From NCBI RefSeq assembly GCF_009914755.1, contig NC_060926.1: a stretch of 64,000 nt of DNA; one strand, written 5' to 3'. A program made the translations under genes and the position numbers. This document shows, piece after piece, positions 52,741-64,000 of the stretch; position 1 is the first letter of the stretch; the number at the start of each line of letters is the position of its first letter. The notes under the pieces are model-generated. The model did not search any database and had not been told where the DNA came from. It worked only from the letters and a program-made list of their open reading frames with translations. This DNA comes from the human T2T-CHM13v2.0 reference genome, Homo sapiens.

Positions 52741-54318
52741 CTAGGCTGCTAGAAATAATGATTTATTACTACTAATAAATAACAGTACTAGGATTCACAT
52801 GCAAATCTAATTCAGGATACCATTGTTTTTCAGACTGGGTAGTAATCTTTGCTCTGAAAATGCATTATTTTTGCAAGTTCATATAAGTAATCATTACTGG
52901 GCAAATAAGAATCTATTTACATACATCTGGTGATACAAATGAGCAATACCAGTTGACATTTGGCCGGCAATTAAATGAAATTCTTCCAACTATTACTGAA
53001 TCAATTGATTCAGAGGATAAAATAAGGATTGGATAAAAGTAAGCATGTCTTATTTACCACATTTTTCTTCTGTTTAATTACTTTTCTTCTGTTTAATTAA
53101 TATCCTTTCTGAGTCCTCATACTTTTTGCTTCTTTTTGATGAATATGCAATGATTTTTTTCCCAGCATGGCTACATCAGTTTGAAGGAAAAATATTGACC
53201 TATGTGTCAAACAGTCTTTCTTTTTTTATTATTATTCTTAATTAAAGCCATTTAACCTGACCTCAGCTCTGCTGTGACTTACCAGACACTGCTGTGCGTT
53301 TAAACCCTTCGGATTAGCCCCACAGTATGACTACAAAGCTCCTGTTGGCTGGAAAGTTAATGATAGATACTTCCCATTTCCCAAGAGAAGGAAAAATGGA
53401 GCGCCTGCTCTTCGAGATGACTTAAACGTATACACACAGAATTGACAAATGGCTCGCCTGTATTTACACTGATATTAGTTTGGAGACAGCTGAAGGTTTT
53501 TAACTCCTAATTTGAAGTTTGAACTCATACAACTTTGAACTTCAACTACAGAATTACAAATAATATTTATGAAAATGCCATGATTCAGTTCACGTGCTAT
53601 TCTATCATTTTTTTTTTCCAGTGAACTCTACGAGTCAATACAATTTCTAAGAGTGATTTTTTGTTGCTTCCAGAAGCACAGCGTGAAATAACTATTTTCT
53701 TCAAAGTGAGGTTGCTTGTTGTGTTACTTAATGGAGATGATCAAGTTATTTCTCTGCTTGTGACTCTACAAAATTTCTCTTTTAGAGTTCATTAATTTTT
53801 GTGTTATTTTCCTGTTTATAGAGCGCTTTTCTCCTTTTATTCTCATAAGAGTTTTGTGAGTTAAGTGATGCCCATTTTATATGAAGAACTGTGCCTCAGC
53901 AAAGTAGCACAGTGACTTGTTCTTTTGGCTTCCTGGTGGCTATGCAGGGACTGATGACCTCAGGTTTTCTGACTCAGGCTCTCCTGATTTCCAATATCCC
54001 CCTGTGTTCTGTTGCATGCACTCTCCAGAACCACCAGTTGGGAACTTTGACTTCTATTTTGCCTTGATCTTTGAACTCAGCTGGAGTTCCTTTAGAGTAA
54101 TTATTGAATAATCATTACATGAACTGCATAAATTGCTTTGTTCCTAGATGAAGATATCTAAATTCCCATGTAAAATGAAAGTGGGTTTTAATGGGAATAA
54201 GTGGAAAAGTAAAAGCTCTGTTATACACTCACTTATATTAGCCTCGGAATGGGCTTGCTGGTAATTATGTATACGTAATTAAATGACACCAATTACAATT
54301 CTTTTTAAAACTCTTTAA

Positions 54319-54645
<327 letters not shown>

Positions 54646-54779
54646 GTTTTATTGCCTTAGTATATAATTTTTTATATATGCAAAGAAATCTTTAGGGAAG
54701 AATATTACAAACACTTGGATCTTTGTCTTCCATCAGCTTATATGGCAGCTATAAAATTGCCAACCCTAGTGGTCTAAAA

Positions 54780-55114
54780 TAGGGTTTGGCAAACTATGGT
54801 CAGTTTGGCTCACTGCCTGTTTTTGTATGGGTCTCAAGATGAGAATGTTTTTTATACTTCTAGATAGTTGGAAATAAATTAAAAGAATAATATTTCTTGA
54901 CATGCAAAATAACATCATATTCAAATTTTAGTGTTTGTGGTCAAGTTTTATTGGAATGCAGCCATGCTCATTAATTTATCTATTCATTCATTTATCTGTC
55001 TATGGCTACTATTGAGCTATAATGACAGAGCTGAGTGGTTGTGACAGATAGTATGCTCCATGAACTCAAAAATATTTACTATCTGGCTGTTTACAATAAG
55101 TTTGCCGACTCTTG
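54780..55114 (+). mobile_element. MER58B-type hAT-Charlie MITE
   Basis: TIRs tagggtttggcaaact / agtttgccgactcttg; 8-bp TSD gtctaaaa / ttctaaag. Confidence 0.85.
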
Positions 55115-55775
55115 TTCTAAAGGAACTTAGAAGGGAAGTGTAACTCTGTTGTTTTAAATGCACATTTTATTATCTAAATAAATGGCTGTTGCTGCCTGTA
55201 TTTTGGAGAGAAGAAGCACAGGAGTCCCTGATCTAGAAAAAGAATTGACTTGAGTAGGTCAGTCAGGCAAAAAGATGGTCAATTTTGGGTCAGTTCCAAA
55301 AGATCCCTCTCATCCAGCCTTCCATGGTTCTTGGTGCTATAGAATATTTAGATTAATAAGATGTTGTTTCTCCTGATAGACTCTGTTAAACTATACCCAG
55401 ATCACCTATCAGCATCCATTAAGCTGGCATTCCCATGTGTTTCCTGTTGGAATCAAAAACAATGGTGTAATTGCAGGAGATAACTTATTAGATGCTTTTT
55501 CCCCCTTGATAGGTATTCATTTTAACCTATATTAGAAAAAAATAATTAGAACATTAAACCCATGGTTTCATGAGTGAGACTAAAATATTTAAATAAAAAC
55601 ATAAGCTCATATAAGAAAGAAATAGAGTAACAGACAACATAAATGTTGGTAAATGTCATGAACTTAGTAAGCAAATGGCCAAAGTTTGGAAAACAAATTA
55701 AGTTATAAGTTGAGTTGGAAGATCCAGGATATGTCAAAAACACACAGAGAGGTTAAATTTTGACCAAAGTGATGA

Positions 55776-56146
<371 letters not shown>

Positions 56147-56399
56147 AGACATCAGAATTTGGTTTGGTATTATTGGAACATGAAGAAAGTGTTTGTTTGC
56201 CCCATTCTTTTTAGAGTTTATTCAGTCAGCTATTACGTAAAGGAGTCCTTACATTCTGGGGATTTGAGAGGCCTGGAAGTTATCCTTTGATATTGTTAAA
56301 TGTCTACTACATGCACACATTTTATGAAGTGGAGAATATTCTGCTTCTTCAACCTGGTATCCTGCTTTAAGAGTATATTGTTTAATGCTATTTTAAGGC

Positions 56400-56960
56400 T
56401 TTTTTATATTTTTGAAAACTATGATTTTAATAGCTGCATAGGGTTCCATTGCATGAATGAGACAGTTTATTTACCCAATATCTCTGTTCTTGAAGTTTTT
56501 GAGTTTTTGTTTTATTTTGCTATTATGAATAACACTGGGACAAACAAACTTCATCCTTGGTTACATTTCTGGTAATTTCTTTAGGATAGATTTTTGCATA
56601 GGATTTCTTGAGTGAAAGAATATACATATTTGTAAGACAATATGTAATGCCAATGGTCCTCCATAAAGGCTGCACATATTTGCATCTCCACTGGGAATGC
56701 ACTTGAATGCCCTGTTTTTTTGTTTGTTTTTATATCTATATCCTTATGGCTGAGAAAGGTTTTATAATCTTTTGAATATTATACACGAAGATTGAATTAT
56801 CTGTTTGCTAGGTGAATAAGAATCTTTATTCCATTGTTTTCTATGGGGTATTGCTGGTGTGTTAAGAAAACAGTCATTTTTGGTAAATTTTATATATGGA
56901 CATATTGCTGAACTTTCTTATTAATTCTAAAAGTATTGCAATTGATTCTCTCCATTTGCA
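56400..56960 (-). mobile_element. Old L1ME fragments
   Basis: ttttaatagctgcataggg.ttccattg...ttgctattatgaataacactg. Confidence 0.55.
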
Positions 56961-57191
56961 TTTAGGCAACAGAAAGGTTAGAGTAGATTCTAGGAGTGAA
57001 GATCTTCAACTTTCCTCAATGTGTAGAAGCCTCTATTGTCGGCTCATTCTTACCTGAGCCGAAAAACAACGCTAGCAGTAACATGCTGACCGGATGTAAT
57101 TTAGATAAATAAAACTGCATTTATCTACCATTCTGAATGCTTCCCTTTAAGAGTAGAACTTACGGAAATATTACAGTTTTGTTTGCTGTTA

Positions 57192-58523
<1,332 letters not shown>

Positions 58524-59289
58524 AAATAAAAGAATATGATTTTTCTTAGAAAAGAGTGCTGAATTATGTTCAGCACTCCAAAGAACCTGGAATGGGTTAG
58601 GAATTGACTATAGTCCCTTGCTTCTTTTAGCTTAAAACAGAATTTATGTTTTAATTTAGTTCTTCAGCCTCTATGTGAAATTGGTTAACATGAGTGTTAA
58701 GGCCAATGGTATAATAAAATGTCACTGATTCCTCATTTCTAATTTTTTTTTCATTTAGCAGTGTCCATTGGCTTTCAAGTAAGTTGATTTTTAGGGGACT
58801 GGATTTGGTGGCTTATAACTCTAATAAAATTATGCTGTTATAAAGGAGAATTGTCATTTTAGGTGCTATCAGACTTTTATGTTCTCAATATCCTAGCATC
58901 TCAGTGGAGCATTAGGTATTTATGCTCGGGTGAAAGCAGATTTAATGAACATGAAAACCACTGCCTTTACTCTTTCAAAGCATTCTCCATATTTGTCATG
59001 TAAAACGAACTGAGCGGCTCTGTGCTTAATACTTTGTTTTGCTTATTTCATCTGGATCCTCCAGTGTCAACAGTGGGAACGAAAGGATCCAAGCTAGTGT
59101 CCTTGAAAAAATATATAATAGGCAAAAAAACAAAGAAGCCCATGGTCAAATGGTCATTTATCAGGGTCTTTAAAAGTCAAGATCATTATTATTTCTTTAT
59201 GGAGACAAAGTATAATTATGTAACTGCAGTAATAGTGCACATCTGTTGTTTTTTCCTGCTCATTACATCTTCTTCCTTTCTTTACAATT

Positions 59290-59800
59290 AGGACCTTTGG
59301 AGAATTGTCCCCCATCCCCTACTCCCTCTATTAGTGTGTACTGGGTTGGGATTGGGTTTGTCCAGGTGGATTTGTGACCCAGACTTTATCAATCCAAACA
59401 CCCTCCCCCTTCTTTTTCCCTCAGTCCTTATCCCTTAGGGATTTACTCAGGAATAAGACTGGAGCCAGGTAATGTCCATAACCTTGTTCTCTGGACTTAT
59501 CCTCAATGTACTGGGGAAAAGGCACTCACTCTCCCTGGGAAGACTAAATGAGTACCATGAAACATGGGACTTGGGATGGCCATCTGAGCCACCACCTGGA
59601 GGAAGGAATTGGGGGCAAGAGCTAGAGAGGCTCCTGAGGACCTTGCTTATGCCCCCCCCAGTCCAGCTGAGGCTGAACTGAGCTCTGCTATTGATGTCAA
59701 AATTATATTGGCCAATGCATTTCCTCTCCCTCCCTTCTTTCTTCATTTTAGAAGTGTAGGGAGTTTTCTTCTTGGGAAAGAATCCCAAGAAGCCTACTAC
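59290..59800 (+). mobile_element. Old MLT1 (K/L-like) LTR
   Basis: tgtgacccag...tcaatc...ggccatct...tccagctg...gccaatgcatttcct. Confidence 0.4.
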
Positions 59801-59809
59801 TCTCCTCGT

Positions 59810-60212
59810 TGCTTAGATCACTCTGCTTCAGCTAAGTTGGCTCTTTGGTGTTTCTTAAACATACTAGGCACCTCAGGCCATTTGCATTTGCTAGGCCTAA
59901 TGTCTGGAAAGCTCTCCCCTTCCCCACTATTCTGGTCCTCACCCCTTCAAGTCTTTGCTCTAATGTCAACTCCTCAAGCAGGCCTTCCCTGACCACCCTA
60001 CTTAAAATAGAAGCACACGCATTCCTCTGTAAACTCTCTTCAGCTGTCTTCTTGCATACTAAATACCTTATTATTTGTTTACGGCCAGTATTTCTCCACC
60101 TTTTCTGGATCCTAGAAGGAAGACATTTTTGTTTCTTATTTTCTGTGATATCCCTAACACCTCAAACGGTGCTGGATAGGGTGGGTGCTCAATTAGTATT
60201 GGTTGAACTACA
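59810..60212 (+). mobile_element. L2 3' region
   Basis: cctcaggccatttgcatttgct...ctggaa...aatgtca.ctcctca...ggccttccctgaccacccta...gtgctcaat. Confidence 0.75.
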
Positions 60213-60214
60213 AA

Positions 60215-61110
60215 TAAAAATGGTAGCTAATTCCTCCAGAGATCATTTACTAATTCCAAGGGGAAAATAATAACTTACTCAGTGGAATAACCTGGAGGAT
60301 ACCCTGAACCTAGTGATCAAATTCAGCATTCCCAACAGTGAAACAAAGCCATATCACCTGCCTCCTGATGCAAGGCACTGAGGACATAGCATCACTTCTG
60401 TGTTATTTTGCCACAAATGCAAGGAAACATGAGAATACATCAGATAAATTCAACATGAGGTTTAGTTAACAAAATAACTGTCTGGTATCCTTCAAGAACA
60501 CTGATACTACAAATGAAAAAGAAAGGCTGAGGAAGTTTCTGGACTAAGGGGAACAAAAGAGACAGTAAACAAATGAAATGTGTGGTCCTAGATTAGAAAA
60601 AAATGCTATGAAGGTCATTATTGGGATAACTGGAAGACTTAGAATATGGACTGTATATTAGATAACAGTAGCATATCAATGTCAAATTCCTGAATTTAAT
60701 AATCATACTATGATTATATAAGGTAATTTCCTTGTTCTTACAAAATACATATGAAGTATTTGAAAGTAAAACATTATGATGTTGCAGCTTTCAAAAATTT
60801 CAGCACTAAATATACCAGTATCTGTATCTACTTGAGAGAGGGAGAGAGACAGAGACAGAGAGAGAAAGAAAGAATCAAAAAGCAAATGCTACAAAATTCT
60901 ACCAATTAGAGAATTTAGGTGAAGGGTAAATGAGAATCCATTGCATTAAAATACAAACTTACAGATAATTGCAAGAATAATATTAGGTAGAACCGTATAA
61001 AATTACTAATATTTGGACTTTTTTGTGTATAAAAATGACAATCTCATTGAATATTCTTGCAACCTTTCTGTGAGTTTGATGTTTTTAATGAAAATTAGAA
61101 AAAAAGAAAG
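60215..61110 (+). mobile_element. L1MC4-type 3' end
   Basis: gtgatcaaatt..cat...gcatcacttctgtg...catcagataaatt...gaatatggactgtatattagataa...atcaatgtcaaattcctg. Confidence 0.75.
60981..61048. mobile_element. MADE2-like mariner MITE, right end truncated
   Basis: tattaggtagaaccgtataaaatt...tataaaaatgacaatctcat matches recalled 80-bp MADE2. Confidence 0.65.
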
Positions 61111-62479
61111 CGAATGTGGTAGGTATGACTGGCCAGTCTTTACAGAGTCACGTATTTACATGGACTATTTTTTTTCCCAGTAATTTGTATCAGCTCGACT
61201 TGTTAAGCTTCCATATCCAATGTACTAGCTGAGGGAAAGAAGGAAAGAAAATGTAAAGTTGCCAATTAGTGGCTTCTCAGTCCCTCCTGATAATTTTGTC
61301 ATACTTGATATTCATTTATAATTAGTTTGAAACTGGAAACTCCATCCTGTGTTATAGTTCAGAACTCCCTGGGCCTGACTCCTCTGGAATGTGTCTGCAG
61401 GGACTGGCTAGCATGAACTGCTTCCTTCCCCTTCCCTCTCTCTCCTCCCTGCTCCAGTTTCCTAAACAACTGGTGGCTGAGTTGGAACAGGGCATGGTAG
61501 TGGCTGATGGTGTGGAGAAAAAGTCCTTTTTTGTTATTGACAAGCACAGCAGCTGGACTTGGTGGAGAAGGTCCCTTTCTTGGGTATCACTGGCTTATCT
61601 GCCTGGTGCTGGAGTTAGAAGACCAGGAGCTCTGCAAAGTCTCCTTCCGCGGTTAGGCTGGTGTTCACTGTGAGCTTCTCCTGCCTTGAAATTCTTAGTA
61701 TAGGCAATGTGTGTGCTCTGCTCCAGCTCCAAACTCAGGGGCTTCTATGGGAGCCTTCACATCATTTTAAAACCTTCTACCAATGATGCGTGCTGCAGCT
61801 CAACTTTAACTGTGGATCTCCTTGCTCTGTTGCAAACTTTAGAAACACAGAGCTTGTGCTATGCATAGGACCTAGTAAGACTTCAATAAATGTATGCTGT
61901 CTACAGAGAACACAACAAATTACATCAGGATATGAATAACTAGGAACATAATGAAATAGCGGGGCTCCTGGATCATGGCTCAAGGATCACCACCCTTATT
62001 TCAAGCCCCTCTGAAGAGGGAGAGAACCATATTCACACTAGAAAGGATGAAGTAACTAGGGCATAATTGTACGATGACTTGGGAGTTATAAAGAGGAGGT
62101 TCAGTCTTCTTGCCTTTTACGTTCTCTGAATGAAGTAGAGACTAATGCTTTTGGTCTCTTGGTGAATTGATTGCTCAGAGTTATAGGGACTATGCCTCTG
62201 AGACCCCATCCAGACCGGCCTCCACCAAACCCACTTTAGATGATTTAATTTCAGCAAAGAATCCCTTCGGCCGTTTGTGTATTGACATACAAAAGCCAAG
62301 GGGCATCTTTTCCTTCTAGATGTTATTGTGGTTCTGAATTGAGACTGACTCCTGCTGCTGCTGGTGTTGTGATCACCTTGGCAACAACTAATTGTCCTCT
62401 GAAGGAGAAATCACTGTCAAGCACCTTAAACACTTAGAGCTTAGGGTCATTTAGTCCTTAGATTAACAGAGCAAACTTT

Positions 62480-62600
62480 TGAAACAGTCATTATTTTCCC
62501 CATTTTACAGATGAAGGAAGGAGACTTAGAGAGGTCATTCAGCTATTACATTATACAGCAGGGTTTTGACTCTTTCTGTAATTAATTCCAAGATTTTGCT
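62480..62600 (-). mobile_element. MIR fragment
   Basis: attattttccccattttacagatgaaggaa...gacttagagaggt. Confidence 0.6.
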
Positions 62601-63339
62601 TTTATACCCTGTTTAAAATATGCATAAATTCATCTAATAAAATAAGGAAGGGAATGTCCCATGGAAGGAGCTAGCGGAAGATGGCCCAGGGCATACACTT
62701 TCCTTTGCCTGGTGTCACCACGGAGCATGTTTGAAAGGGAGAGTCCTACCTGCATTCATCATGACTCTGTGGATGGAGCAGAGAATCTAATATTTTTAAA
62801 AACTCCCCAGGATAATTCTGATATCTGACTTCCCTAGAAAGTAGGCTAGATTTAGCCCTATACATTAATGAAATTGTTTATTCTAAGGAAATGTGTGATT
62901 CTAATTTAGTTTGTGGTGTACTGATGGGGAGCTTTCCTTGAAGAAGTTTGGAGTTTAATTACAAGACAATATTATCAATAAGCACCTGTTTTATACTTCT
63001 TTCATGACTGAAGTAATATCTAGAGCAATGATAGGCACAGCACACGCTTTCTGGTTAGTTGGTTGGTTATTTAACGTGAAAGAGATGTGTATCATATGGA
63101 GGATGAGCATTATCTTGTAGGATATCCTTGTGTAAGGTGATTTCTCAAAGATAAAGGCAAGGAGATGATGAATAACCAAGGAGAAAGGAGCTCTTAGTAC
63201 TAACGTCCAGAAATTCCTCAATTCTTCTACGATGTGGGCCATTAAAGTTCTGATTTGAAGACATCCAGCTGCTAAAGAACAGTTTAGTACTTCATCTCTC
63301 AATGTCAGTTTCATTTTGTTTTCTCTTGTGACAGACGGT

Positions 63340-63760
63340 GCTTGCTTTGGTTAGCAGAAAGCAGATGATACTTGTTTTTATAGACATTTTGACGACGCAA
63401 GACGGACTCCTTAACATGATCGGTTAACCTTTTCTCCCCGTGTCTCTCTTTTTGCTTCGTCAGGTATTTCTGTGTCTTTTGCCAGTAATACCCTTTAACT
63501 TTTTTTTTCATTGTTTAAACTTCTATCTCCATACATTTACTTCTTTATATTGAAAACTTTTACTTTTCATGACATTCCCATTTGCTCTGAATTCTGCAGA
63601 AATATCTCATTTTAGCCAATTTATTACTTGGGCAGCACTTTCTTTTCTAAAGTTCATTTTTATTATCTTCCTGATTTTTCTTCTCATTTTCTTGGGATTT
63701 AGATTGTATTATCGTGTAGTTGCTTCTAACAGTATATACCAAAGGAATTTCTCTGTAATT
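63340..63760 (-). mobile_element. Very old L1 ORF2 remnant
   Basis: A-rich minus strand roughly colinear with the L1 RT C-terminal region; frame fragment VVKMSI resembles ORF2p NIVKMSIL. Confidence 0.5.
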
Positions 63761-64000
63761 CTTAACTAAATTAACAAAGAAGATCTGGATAAGTTTCTTC
63801 CTTTGAATTGTCCCTGTTGGTATTAGGAAATTGACCAAGGTGTAGCAAAGATATATATGATGAGCTGTGGTCCATGGACTGGATTCCTACCCTGAACATT
63901 TGATCATAATTGATGAAAATAATTACTAATATGTATTGAGTATCTGCTGTGGCTCAGAATTGTACTAAACATTTTGCATCCATTATCTCTTTATTAATCC

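Noticed and set aside
62991-63511. Minus-strand ORFs with words (EKRLTD, VYK, QSKH, YHC) recalling bornavirus M/G proteins, and LQDNAHP recalling a mariner transposase motif
   Set aside because: Motif spacing is not colinear with the viral proteins as I recall them, and the DNA fits a decayed L1 ORF2 better; a significant tBLASTn hit would reopen it

Overview
Primate, most likely human or great-ape, nuclear DNA, judged from AluY and L1PA2-type insertions, eutherian MIR/L2/MaLR/hAT fossils and CpG depletion outside one island. A CpG-island promoter (~4.5-6.3 kb) carries a GC box, a CCAAT box, a 68-nt (TCC)n tract and a strong splice donor at 5653/5654, plus a possible upstream alternative first exon ending at 4733. 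The remaining ~58 kb looks like one long first intron of a + strand gene that I cannot name from sequence alone. I found no convincing host coding exon, RNA gene or CRISPR array; the only clearly protein-derived ORFs are L1 ORF2 pieces. I cannot support a wholly new biological system here. The most unusual signals are three local templated-copy events (best: a ~205-bp inverted duplication able to form dsRNA in the pre-mRNA), two candidate first exons each with a phase-0 open ATG, a mirror-symmetric H-DNA tract at the start site, a twin-primed L1PA2, and perfect nuclear-receptor DR4/IR8 sites. Repeat family names come from recalled consensus sequences, and boundaries of old repeats are approximate.
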